Below are positions 37,790 to 50,427 of a stretch of DNA of 64,000 nt, one piece after another (positions within the stretch are counted from its first letter, which is position 1; every line of letters begins with the position of its first letter). The stretch covers positions 62,001 to 126,000 of the forward strand of contig JBNJNM010000022.1 of assembly GCA_052426225.1 (NCBI GenBank). Reading direction: 5' to 3'. Origin of the DNA: Zancudomyces culisetae HAW-14-8. Its lineage: Eukaryota > Fungi > Kickxellomycota. The position numbers and the translations under genes are program-made. Under the pieces are notes generated by a model. It did no database searches. It saw only the letters and a program-made list of their open reading frames with translations, and had not been told where the DNA came from.

Positions 37790-39340
37790 ATGATCAAGTT
37801 ATTGCTGGCAGTGCTAATCCAATCAGTGGCAGTAAGGTCTCTTGACCAATTAGTCATAAAGGGAAACAAGTTTTTTAACGCGCGTACTGGAGAGCAATTT
37901 TACTTTAAAGGTGTCGATTACCAACCAAGGTTAGGTAATACTGCTGCAAATCCAGATCCGTTGGCGGATGTAGCAGGGTGTAAGCGAGATATAGAGGCCT
38001 TCAAGGATCTGGGTCTAAACTCAATACGTGTGTATGAGGTAGACTACAATAACAATCACGATGAGTGCATGAAAGCATTAGATGATGCAGGGATTTATCT
38101 AGTATTAGATGTCCCTTCTCCAAAATACTCCGTTAACAGAGCCTCACCTACTTGGGATACTTATTTGTTCGAAAACTACAAGAAAAAGGTAGACGCGTTT
38201 ATGAAATATCCAAATCTAGCAGCATTTCTTATTGGAAATGAAGTGACGAATGACAAAACCACAACTCCAGCTTCAGCTTATGTAAAAGCCGCCTTGAGAG
38301 ATATAAAAACATATTTAAATTCTACAGGAAATCAGATCCCTGTTGGATATGCAGATAACGATGACGAAGAGATTAGATTGTCATTGATAGATTATTTTAA
38401 TTGCGGCGATGATCCGATGGCAAGAGCGGATTTCTATGGAGTGAACACGTATAGATGGTGTGGAAACGTAAATTTCAAAACCTCCGGATACGCAAACATG
38501 ATACAGCCCTTTGTAGACTATGGTATACCTGTAATGATTACCGAGTATGGCTGCAACAAAGTACAACCAAGAACATTTAGCGAAGTGAAGGCCATCTACA
38601 GTCCTGAACTATCAGAAATTCTTTCTGGTGGGTTTGTGTACGAGTATAGTCAAGAGGATAATAATTATGGGCTAGTTACTGTAACACAAGGAAGCTCTAG
38701 TGTTAAGAAAACACCCGATTATCCATACCTAAAGAGTGCTTATGGTATGCCTATGCCAGCAGGCGTAAATATGAAGAATTACAACCCATCAATTAGTCAA
38801 AGGGCCTGTCCTGAAGTTGGTAATGCATGGAGAGTAGGAACTGTATTGCCACCAACACCCAAGTTCAAGACTTGTGAGTGTATGATGGATTCATTGAACT
38901 GCATTATCGATCCACCTGCAGACTTCTACAACATGGGTGATACAACCAAAGAATATGGGTTAACAGCAGATAATATTTGTGGGTTGACATCATGTGATAA
39001 AGTGGGAGGAGACACAGTTAACGGAACATATGGTGATTTTAGTTATTGCTCGCCTGTTCAAAGAATCTCATGGATTATAAACAAAAACCTTGTCAACAAT
39101 GGTATGGACAAAAAGAGCTGTAGTATTGCAGGTATACAAACCAAATACATTGAGTCTCCAAAGCAGTCAAGCATTAAAAACTGTGGGTCTGTTGTAGAAG
39201 AAAAGTTAACTCCAAGTACAAACGAAAAAAGTAGAGGAGATGCCACCTTTGGAAAAAAATCCTCCGGAAATGTGTTGTTACCGTTCGATATATACGTTTG
39301 TACGCTCACGATTGTTCTAGTGAGTTTCCTAAAATTATGA
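37790..39340 (+). CDS. GH72 1,3-beta-glucanosyltransferase (Gas/Gel family) with X8/CBM43 Cys-box and GPI-like C-terminus
   Basis: Signal peptide, KGVDYQP, DPLAD, GNEV, TEYGCN, SGGFVYEYSQEDNNYGLV, Cys-rich domain, hydrophobic tail. Confidence 0.96.
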   Translation: MIKLLLAVLIQSVAVRSLDQLVIKGNKFFNARTGEQFYFKGVDYQPRLGNTAANPDPLADVAGCKRDIEAFKDLGLNSIRVYEVDYNNNHDECMKALDDAGIYLVLDVPSPKYSVNRASPTWDTYLFENYKKKVDAFMKYPNLAAFLIGNEVTNDKTTTPASAYVKAALRDIKTYLNSTGNQIPVGYADNDDEEIRLSLIDYFNCGDDPMARADFYGVNTYRWCGNVNFKTSGYANMIQPFVDYGIPVMITEYGCNKVQPRTFSEVKAIYSPELSEILSGGFVYEYSQEDNNYGLVTVTQGSSSVKKTPDYPYLKSAYGMPMPAGVNMKNYNPSISQRACPEVGNAWRVGTVLPPTPKFKTCECMMDSLNCIIDPPADFYNMGDTTKEYGLTADNICGLTSCDKVGGDTVNGTYGDFSYCSPVQRISWIINKNLVNNGMDKKSCSIAGIQTKYIESPKQSSIKNCGSVVEEKLTPSTNEKSRGDATFGKKSSGNVLLPFDIYVCTLTIVLVSFLKL

Positions 39341-39705
39341 GCTAGGTCCAAATTTATCCATTATAAATAATTCTTTTTTTTTTTTGCTTTTGAAAAAGTC
39401 ATAAATTGGAATTTATTTTACTTTTCGATAGAAAAAGAATCATCTTTAAAATGGTGATATGTTTAGTTTAGTTTAGTTTTTTTTTTACAAGGATATTAGT
39501 CAAACTTGGTTACAGGCACGACAGCTATATCCTGACTTTAGCATATAAAAATAAAAATAAAAACAAAAATACTACAAGTAAAAGATACAGTTGGTGTATG
39601 ACTTTGATAACAGCGGTTCTCAAGCAGGTGAGAGGGTGGAAATGGGGTCTGTAGTATATATATATATCTTAAACAATGCGTATGTGATTCAAAAACACAC
39701 AAAAA

Positions 39706-42240
39706 CTATTTATTTTTCCACATAAATAGGCCACTTGTAAGCATTGATGATGTTTCATTGTGGCAAATCTCGGATATAAGAGCGTCTCGAAGAGCAGACT
39801 GGCTCACCGAAGTATCTAATTTATACATGAGTAGTCTTGTAAATACTTTCAACACTAAAAAAAGAAGCTATTTTACAAAGAAAATAACTAAATAACACTA
39901 ATTTCTAGACGCAAGTACCTGAATAATCACTGAATACTGATCCCTCTATGCTTGAGCCTAAACACATATAAATCACAATTTAGTATTTGTAGGTATAGAC
40001 TTAAAGTATGTTAATACTCATAGCCATTAGCTCTTATGTCCACATATCACTGCAGTTAAATAAATGGAAGTATGCTGTCAATTTATAACCGAGATCTTTT
40101 CAAACTATAGCAGCTGAAAAAACAGTATATAATTTCAACTACCTCTTGAAGGATCCCCTGAGAAACGATTTGGTGATGATACTGTGGTTAAAAATCTGTG
40201 ATTGTCTGCACTATCAACATTCACAGAACTATGCTTACTATGTGATAGGTCTGCGGAGGATTGAGTTCCCACTTCAGCTATTCAATAGTACAATATCGAG
40301 AATTAGGTTAAATAATACAACCCTAGTCATCATAATATTGTACTCCACCAAAAAGCAAAAGATGAATACTAAAAAAGTATGCTAGTATGACTTTGTAAAA
40401 ATAAACATATCTTACAATTAAACTGAGATCCAGGTGCGCTCTCTATAACCTGTTCATGTTCGTCATGAACTTCTGGCGAAGCAGTTCGAGTTACCACAGT
40501 TGTCTTTATCCCAGCTAAACCTACCCGTGATGAATCCTTCGAATCTTGAAATTGGTAAAAGGCATCAGTGGGACTATGGCTATGGCTATGGCTATGGGTT
40601 GGTTGCGGAGAAAACTGCGTACTTGGTAGCAGTTGTTTATGTAAATCATTAGGGTTTAGCAGCATCTTTTGAAAGTCATTTGCATCAGTACCAATAAAAC
40701 GCACGGGCTTACTGCCAACAGATAACCTCGATGCAGATTCTTCAAGAAAATCCCTTACTTTTTGCACAGCGGATGGCTGGGCTGAATACTCTCCCGTGCT
40801 ATCATCTTCATACAAGCTATCAAGTGCCTTAGAGCCTTCTGTAATCTCTTTTTTATCACTAACCTCATTATTATACGGTTTTAGGCTGTTATTCAATTCT
40901 TCTGTGTAGATACCACTACAAACATTATCATCATTGCAGTCCACAGACTGTTTATTATACAAAATCCCACTTTCTTGATCTCCATGATTCGCAGATAAAA
41001 AAAGATGAGTTGAGATTAGTTCTGCGTTATTCTCCTCAGAACTGGTCTCAAGTTTCTCATTGGAAACGTTACGCTGTTTATGAGTGTCCTTTGGAGTACA
41101 TATAGAATTAGCAATATGTTCCAAATCAACCGCTTTGGTATTCGTACTGTTGCCCGGGAATTCTTCTTGTTCGGTAACAACCCCTTCTCTGAGTCCATAC
41201 AATGACTCTACACTTTGGACGCCTATTCAAAAAACATATTGAATGATCTATTGTTAGCTGATAATTTTTTTTCTATACGAAATCACGTGATAAATCCCAG
41301 GTTTTTTTTCCCAAAAACATCAAAAAATAACTATAACAAAAAGATAAAGCTAGAAAAAGCTTACCAGCTTTTTGAAGCCCATCATAGCTTAATGATGTAC
41401 CACTGACATCGCTAGCGGTACTAAAGGTCATTTCCTTTTGTTTATATGCGCCCATATTTTTGGAGCTACTGCCGGCCTGCTTTTCAAAGTTCTCACTGAG
41501 TCTATTTTCGTTTCCATTAAGATTCCAAACTTCACTTTTGGCTTGTATCGCGCTTTCAGGAATGTTCCGTTTTAGTTCAGCTGTCCTGCCTATTTTTGAG
41601 ATCTCTCTATTGTAGATACCCCTATAAGCCTCTTTCAAAAGCTGTATTGCATCATGTTGTTCAAGTGCCAAATCTCTTTTTAATCCCAATGCCATGTTTT
41701 CAACTAAAAAATAAATTTAGACGTATTTCTCTTATTTATAAGAACTATATGGTCATAAATAGTATCTTTGATAAAAACTTACTGTAACTAGCATCCTTAA
41801 ACTCAATATTTCTTAAAGCATCAAATGAGTCATCCTTGTATTCGTTACATATCCATTCCCATATCCGCTCCCAGTTTTGTAGAGGTTTTTTTACCTATAT
41901 TTAGCTATTAAAATGAGAAATCCTGCCTGTTTCATTTAGATCCCATACTTTTAATAAAATAGCATAGGCATCGAGATGAACATCTATAGCAAAGCATGTC
42001 CAGGTAGAATGCTTCTAAAGATTCCATTATAAATGTGGAATGTCCTCATTTACACCCCCCCCCCCCCCCCTACCTTACTATTTGCCGTTAGGATTGCGAT
42101 ACTAGAGTAGTGCAGCTTACCAATTCGGGTTCGTCCCAATCCTTTGGTCTCTTTCCAGAAATTTTAAAAACAACTATAATCTTGCTCTTTTCATCAGTAG
42201 AACTGCTCTTGCTTCCTTCATGCGTAATATCACTGTCCAT
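39706..42240 (-). CDS. ATG29: Atg29-like autophagy protein, 7 exons
   Basis: Exons approx. 42240-42121, 41894-41783, 41703-41365, 41222-40416, 40277-40143, 39957-39919, 39814-39706. N-terminus IIVVFKISGKRPKDWDEPELV...IWEWI...LLKEAYRGIYNREI and C-terminus GSVFSDYSDTSVSQSALRDALISE resemble the two conserved Atg29 blocks. Confidence 0.72.
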
Positions 42241-44141
42241 TCTGATTAGTATCTTTTCATTTCATTTCGATTTTATCAGCTTACTCCAACCAAAATTGCC
42301 TCGTTTTAGAAAAATTAGTTTTTTATCTTGAAATTTAACATGAAAACCAAACCTTAAAATTGTAATGGGAATATACCCAATGTCATGAAATAACCAAACA
42401 TAATTCCCATGAACTTTGCATATATTAATTTTTTTCGTGAAATTAGTCACCTCGTGCAACGATTGGTGAAAAGTAGTGGCCTTTTTTCGCGTTTGATAAA
42501 ATTAGCCAATGGTATGAGTTCTTTCTCACTTTTCCATAGTTTGTAAAGCAGAAATAAATAGCATTTGCACAAACCAGAAATGGAAGTATAATAAGATTTC
42601 AAACTAATGTTTAATGTTGTGTTAAATGTAGAGAAAAACCACGACAGAATATTTTAGAATTACTCCACCAGAGCTGCAAGAAGTAGCACAGTCTTAATAG
42701 GATGTAAAATAGGATGGTACCTTTAACCAATATGGAGTATTAAAACGTACACTATCGTGCTGTGCTGGGAAAATCTTTCTGGTGGACCTTCTAAAAAACT
42801 TCCCCTAGTTTTTCTTGGGCTAACAAACTTTAACATAAAAGCATCAACAGTATCCAAATTTCTAAAAGACGGATAGTTAATATTCCTTAATACTACCGCA
42901 TGCATGCTCAGCCTTATCTTTTCAAAAACAAACGCCTGCATCTAGCTCTGCCTGACTTTATAGGTTCATTTTCTGGAAAATCTCTTATTCAAAAAAAAAA
43001 TTCCATTTATTGCCTCAGATTTGTTGTTTTCTTTAAAAATACCAAAGCAAAATAAGGATCATGAAACGCAAATTACTTTTTTAAGTGAGCCCTTTAACTA
43101 AATTAGACTCCTAAAGTTATTATTAAATACATATTGTACCAAAATAAACCTTTTTTTTTTGACAAAACTAACAGATCAGCTTTTTACGCCGTTTCTTTAG
43201 CTACTATTTTTGAGTTACATCTTTTTGCTATAAAGTCTCAAGGGTTGTGAAAACGGAAAATTGGAATTCGTCTGAAATAAAGACACTCTACATTGTTACC
43301 CCACCATTTTTTTGCTTTTATTGTTTAGACGAGAATGACAGTTGGAATAAATAACTCGAAAAAAAACCCATGTGTATTAGAGTAAATGGATAAGAATTAT
43401 TCGGATATGGTGCTATAAATATTCTCCTGAAAATGTATACTTGAACGCTTTTTAGACTCTATTTATTAATCATATTTGTGTATGTAAACTATAACTATAG
43501 CTAGTAGAATACGCTGTCTAATTTTTTACAGTGAGAATGGAGAGCTTGGGGTATGTATTCAATATTAGGTTCTTTTGTATTGTTGTTTTTTATTTTGTAT
43601 TTTGTGGAGTCTTGATAAAAAAGAAAATGCAGAAAATTTTATATTGTCAGACTTTTATAAATGGTAAATAGATTAATGCACTACCAGAATATAACACACC
43701 GAATAAAAGCCAAAATGATATGGATGGTATCAATATAAAGATGTGGTTGGCTATGTGGAAGCTATAGGTATTTAGGTATTTAGGCTAGTGCCTACTAATT
43801 ATTATGTACTTTTCAAACCTGTATTTGATATTAGATCACCACCAACCAACCATTCATTTTATAAGACATCCAAAGTAATGGAATTTAGTAGTTAAATAAT
43901 TCTGCAATAGCAATAATACTTATGTGTGATATCAAATTCATGTTAGATTTGATATACTTTTCATCACAAAAAGAGAAAAAAAAACCAGCAGCAAAGATAG
44001 AAATTCAGACAACAAAAGAATCATTGTATAATTTATCCAGTTAGTACTTTTTACACTTTTTAAATGTACTAGTGTATACTAAACATTTCAAACAGTTAAA
44101 AGCTGATACTAAAAAAAGAGAAATAGAACACAAAAAATAAA

Positions 44142-47100
44142 ATGTCAACAGAAACCATAAAGAGTTATCAACGAGATTACGAAGAATATTCTGATAACAA
44201 CCAAAATAAAACAAAGGAAAAACACGTGCAAGATGGTGTAAAAGGAAAAGAGCACATGGATTTGCAATTGGGTGGACTTAAGGATGCGAATATTTACAAT
44301 AAACTAACATTTGGATGGGTATCCAGTATCATAAGAAGCCTCAAGAATAAAAGTGAACGAATAGAGCCCGAAAATTTACCGGACATCGGAGTTCTGAATA
44401 AGGCAGGAAGAAATTTTGCAATAGTCGAAAAATATTGGACTAAGAGCAATAAAAGAAGTGGAAACAGAGTTTGGTGGCTCTATTATAGAGCATCACTTGG
44501 TGGTATTTTGACGTCTGGAATAGTGGGACTTGCAATAATCACAGTAAAGTTACTAATAGCTGTGTTGTTTTACCTAATACTCAGTAACATACAAGATGTT
44601 GGAAATAACTTTAAAGTAAGCTGTGCTAAACGTTTGTACTTATATTCGCCTTGTCGTTACAAGAAAAAGTATTAATTGTGTTTTAACTACTAGAATAACA
44701 CGCAACTATATAACCTACAGAGACAAAAAAATAATAATATTTTACATATGTACATAAAACTTTAGATACGCCTAGCAGGTACTGGACTTTGCCTGTTGGT
44801 TTTAATCTTGGGACTTTTATTAAATTACCACAGATATATAGGGCTAAAGATGTCATTAAATATACAGGTAGGACTAACATCTTTGCTTATGGAAAAGTCA
44901 ATGATATCACTGACTTCAACTTCGGAACGACTCAGCGACCTACATGGTATTTTAGATAAAGACATCAAGAATTTTGAGAAGTTCAGTAAAAGTATGCATT
45001 CATTGTGGATGGGGCCATTGGAGCTGTTGATTTCTATACTCTTTGTTGAAAAACTAACTGGTACGACAGGTATATTTACATTTGTCGTGATCATTTTGTT
45101 TTTCACAATAAAAATTGCCGCTACTCTATTTTCAAACATTATGAGCAATAATCTAAGTATCTTCAAATCGGTTCGAACAAACTTGCTAAAAGAAATACTA
45201 ATAAACCTTGAGCAAATAAAAATAAACGGATACGAAAAACTCTATATTAATGGGATTTCCAACCTACGAAAACGAGAGAATCCTTTTCTAAAAATGTTAT
45301 CGATAATAAAAACGGTATCAAACATCGTGCTATATTCGATGCTCCGCTTCTCTGAGATAGTTCTGCTTGTTTTCTTATGCTACTCTATTATCGATAGCAG
45401 ATCATTGAAATACGTTGATTTTGCTTCTATCTTATCGAGCTTGGTCGTTGTTAATTCTGTCAAGTCGTCTTTTGTGAATGAATTCCCCAAATGTATAAAA
45501 CTGCTAGTAAAAGCAAATAGGAGTTCTAGAAAAATTGAAGCGCTTTTAAACACTCCAAGCATAGAGATATCTAGACAGAAAAATAAACACGGCTTTATAA
45601 AGTACATCAATAAATACGAATTTGAGACAAAAAGAAGAAAGGAGAACGACGCTAGAAACAAATACGTCATTTTAATGGAAAATGCAAATTTTCAAGAGGA
45701 ATATCTAGATAATGAGACATTAAGATCTACTGAAGAAGAGAAACATACACATAAAAAACAAAATACTAAAAATTTTGGTTCAGAAGATCAAAGCTGCTCT
45801 GAGATAGAAATAAATTGTACAAATACCGAATATATACCTGGTTTGTATAGAGATCAAAGAAAGCATAATGGAGAAGGTTGTATTTTAACAAACGTAAATA
45901 TGATGATTTCAAGAGGCGAGTTATGTATAGTATCTGGGGAGAAAAATAGTGGGAAAACCGCCCTTTGTCGTGCAATTTTAGGGGAGCTCAAGCTCAGGGA
46001 TGGAAAATACGAGCTCAACACCTTTCAAAATGCTAGAGCTTTTTATTCAGACAATTTAACACGCAGCGCAAGAAAAAGTAGGGTTAAAAATACGATTGCT
46101 ATCTCATATGTAAGTCAAAACCGTTGGGTTTTGAACGGTACAATTAGAGAAAACATATGCTTCGGGTGTAAATATGACAAAGAGTGGTTTGAAACTGTTG
46201 TTGAGGCATGCCAACTACAGCGTGACATACAAAAATTGATCAAAGGTAAAAACACCATAATTCTGGAAAAAGAGAAAAAGTACTCGCTTGAGTTCACCAC
46301 AAAAATTTCGCTTGCCAGAGCCGTTTACCAAAAAGCGGAGTTATACATATTTGATGATGTATTTTATTGCATGAACGCTGAGGAGAGAGAAAAAATTTTA
46401 GAAGAGGTTATATGGGGTTTATTAAAAAAAAAAACAAGAATTATTGCCACTAATGAAAAGGAGTATCAAAAAGATGCACACCACGTGTTAGTATTGAAAA
46501 ACGGACGGATCTCTGATAAAAAACAAACCAGCACTAATCAACAGCCCAATAGTCACAAAATGCTTTTATCTACAAAAAGGAGATTTAAAAACACAACTTT
46601 ATCAGACCCCAATGAAGATCATATTAATGAAAATAGCGAAAAAACTTTAGATGATGCTTGTAGACAAGGACAGCGAATATCATTTCATGAAAAGGCGACT
46701 AAGTTTCTATCAAGTCCGCCCTCTATAAATGGCGATAATGAAAAATCTGAACAATACATTCCAATATTTAGCACTGAAGCAAGTACAATAAGAATAAATA
46801 CTAACAATACATCAACCAAATCGGACAATACCGTTAAAAAGAAACCAGATAATCCAGCAATCATAAAAATAGGGACAGAGAGCCTTGAATACACATTATC
46901 AAACCCAATAGGATTTGAAAGTTGCTGCACAAAAATAAACTTCTTTGATCAGTTGAGAATGTTGAATTTTCCGTACATTTTGATGACTGTAGCTGGAATT
47001 TTGTTTTTGATACTGATTTTTTTGGAAATTGGTGCCGATTTCAGTATGCTGGATACAGTTAGGGCAGCTGGAAGTGAATATTCTGCACAAAGGACAGCAA

Positions 47101-48731
47101 CTTTTTTGGCGTTTGCTTCATCAAGTATATTTACCATCATTTTACTGTTTGCTACAATTTCCGCTATCAGTCTGAAAATATCAAAAGGAGTATTCTATAA
47201 CTGTATAAGACTTATGTTGAATTCTCAGGTTAAATATACCCGTGGTAGCCAGGATAATATAAACTTTGAAAAACTTAGTGTGTGTTTGGACTCGTATGAA
47301 AAAAAGACCCTAAATCTGTTACTAAATACTACAGGTCTATCACTGCTTGCCACTATAACTCTTGTGTTTTTGATTCTATTTCAACCGTTACTTGTACTGC
47401 CTATATTTGTTGCTATACTTTTATTTGTATGGACAAGGCTCTTGTATTCAGGCGCAATAATACGACTACTGTTTATTGAGCAGAAACTAAATTCTGATCT
47501 CAAGGTATTTATTTCAAATATTCTCAGTGGACTTTCGATTATCCGGGCTCAACTGGCACATAAAATGGTGATGAATAAACTGTTTGAATATCAAGACAAA
47601 AAAAGTAAAGCGGCATTTACTTTTATTTCGGCAACAAGGTGGATTATATTTAGAACAGAAATCATACACTTTATACTTGTTCTAATTTCAACACTTTCGC
47701 TGATATCAACATACACTTCCTCTGGACACGAAATCTTTGCAATATCATTATTTTATATTTGTATTCTATCAATTAACCATAGCCGGTACATTGAGAAAAC
47801 TTTAAAAGTTGAACCCATTATGTGTGCTTCCAGAATACATGCTCAAATGCTGGGAATGAAACCTGAAGAAACTTTAAACCAATATTTATACTCTTCTCAA
47901 ACACCAACAGATTGGCCCAGCCAGGGAAAACTAACTGTCGAAGGATTTAACTTTCAATATCCAGAAACTCAAAATGAAAAACTTAGTTCCATCAAGTTTA
48001 GTGTTTATCCTGGGAAAAAAGTTGCTATTTATGACATAAGAAATAGCGGAACTTCAAATTTGGTGTCAAGTATTTTTAGGCTGACTGAACCATATCCATA
48101 CGACTCTATAAAGATTGATGATATTAACATTTCAAAGGTCAGACTTAATGAGCTCCGCTCATCGATAAGCCTAATCCCATCTGACCCCTACATATTAGCC
48201 GGAACAATTAGATACAATCTCGACCCTGAAAATGTACATTCGGACTCTGAACTCTGGGCTGCTCTCGAAAAAACTGGTCTAAAAGATAAAGTAGAGGTGC
48301 TAAGGCAAAAACTGAGTAGTGATATAACTGCATTTATGCTATCCACCAGCATCAAGGAGCGCCAACTCTTATCTCTTGCAAAAGCTGTTTTAAAAAATAG
48401 CAAATTGGTGATTTATGAACAAAATGCTTCTAAAAACTGCAAGCTGGGCAACGAACCACTAAGCCTTATTGTAAATACAGTTTTCGACTCATCAAGTGTG
48501 TTAACAGTTTTAAAGACCCTAGAATGCGTTGAAAGTAGCTGTTTTGATACTGTGGTGTTAGTTGATGATGGGCAGGTGATTGAATATGGAGATCCTTGGC
48601 AATTGGTAAATAACGAAAATTCTATATTGTATACACTGCTATATGGTCAGAAAGCTGCGGCTAACCACAAAAAAAATCGCCAAAAAAAAAGCGTAAACAT
48701 CGGGTCACCCAAACCTCCAAGCAGGCCTTGA
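44142..48731 (+). CDS. ABCC/MRP-type full-length ABC transporter with degenerate nucleotide-binding domains, 2 exons (~1479 aa)
   Basis: Exon 1 44142-44615, intron GTAAGC..TTTAG, exon 2 44766-48731. Lasso-like KLTFGWV, TMD-NBD-TMD-NBD layout, WVLNGTIRENICFG, WPSQGKL, GTIRYNLDP. Confidence 0.88.
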
Positions 48732-50427
48732 TGTATGGAAAAATCATATGATCATGTTCTATTAAATTATTGATTTGTGTTTATTTTATCTAGTTAATTC
48801 TTTTTTTTAGCTAAGATTTATTTTTAATTCAAAGCCATAATCAAGTACGAGTTGGTACTGAAAAAGAAAAAAGCTGACATAAATAATCAAACCCATCGTT
48901 CACATCATCATATGTGTATCTATATCGATGCTCAAATAGGAGGTACAATTGAACAACATATTCATTACAACTAAGCCTAATTATGCTATGATAGATCGCT
49001 TCACGAATGAAGTATTAGTGAATTTAAGAGTGTATAGAAGATGGGATCTATTTGTCATATAATTTTTTGGATCTTCATTATCATTTTATCATTAAACCCT
49101 GAATGGTAAATCAGAAATATATCCTACAATCCCCTTAGAGCATGCACGAGGCATGTATACTTGAGTAGAGTTTCAGACAACTAGCAATTAAAATTAATGT
49201 ATATTTCCGAGACATTTTTCATTCGAAACTAGGACAATGTTTGTTGCAGCAATCAAGCTGGTTTATAGCATGTTTTTAATTTTTGAATTAAAATTCAACA
49301 CTGTGGCGGACAGAGGAATTCACCTTGTAGCATTTTTAAACTTCACTCCAATGTGCCGCATGTGTCCTCGTTAATCATTTAAGCAGCTTGATGAAAATAC
49401 GATTCTTACGTATACGAAATTGAGCTATTAAAAAACCTTTTTTACTTTTTCACTACATTCTTCTCCCTCAAAAACAAAAATGAAACGGAAGAAAAAAAAT
49501 CCCCCCCGTTTGGTTAACGAACTCGAACTTTTTGGTTCAAACACATGTCTTGAATAAATTATCAATTATATTATGGGAAGGGTAATAAACCATTGACGCT
49601 TACGACGCAAACTGATAAACTGCTATATATTTTTGCGCGTTTGCATGACATGATAAAGGAGGTTGGGGATATGTGTTCTTAATACAACTTGTGGTTTTAA
49701 AAAATTGCGGATTTGGAGAACGTGCAAATGCAAAGGGTAAATTTTTTTTACAAGAAAAAACTGAAAATATAAACTGGTTTACAAATTCAAACTAGTCAAC
49801 ATATCATAAACTAATGTATATTAATTAAGGATAATTCTAAGACTGTTAATATGATGACGGGAGAGTGTTTATTTCTAACAAAAAGTTTGGCATCACTTGA
49901 CGCTTTGAATCAAATGGCCTTAATCAATCAATCTTTCAGGCACTGTTCCCACATACTAACAATACAAATGAAACCCACTTTAGAAGGCCTGAAGCCTTTT
50001 CCAATACTTGTTTCAAATAACTGATATCAACTATTTGGACAGTATTTATATTTTAGGGTTCAAAGTAAATTTCATTCAAACAAGAATATGCAATTCTTGT
50101 ATTAGAGTTCACACAATTGATTGCTGTTTTAGGAGTAAATTGGCTGTGGAAATAAAAGTATTCACATCATATAAATTAAAAGTTGTAGTGATTTTTTCCA
50201 AAACACACTAATATGAACTCTACAAAGGATAAGAAAAAACCGAGAGAGCTAGTAGAGCCTATATGCATAAATACTTCGCCATTTTCTCTGTTTTCACTCC
50301 CATCATTCTCATAGGTTTCTTTCCTATACCAAGGCTTGCTAGTTTCAAGAGTACACATTACTGCATTCATTAAACTTCATATCAACATAACTATAAATCC
50401 AGTTGATAATTATAACTCCTAAAAAAA

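Noticed and set aside
42723-42941. 72-aa minus-strand ORF upstream of ATG29, and other short ORFs in intergenic regions
   Set aside because: No homology cues, splice support or coding-like composition.
49851-49995. ATGATGA...CTGA and ATGA...GA patterns, considered as a C/D snoRNA or SECIS element
   Set aside because: No convincing helix, apical AAA or rRNA guide. No selenoprotein-like ORF with an in-frame TGA was recognised anywhere in the window.
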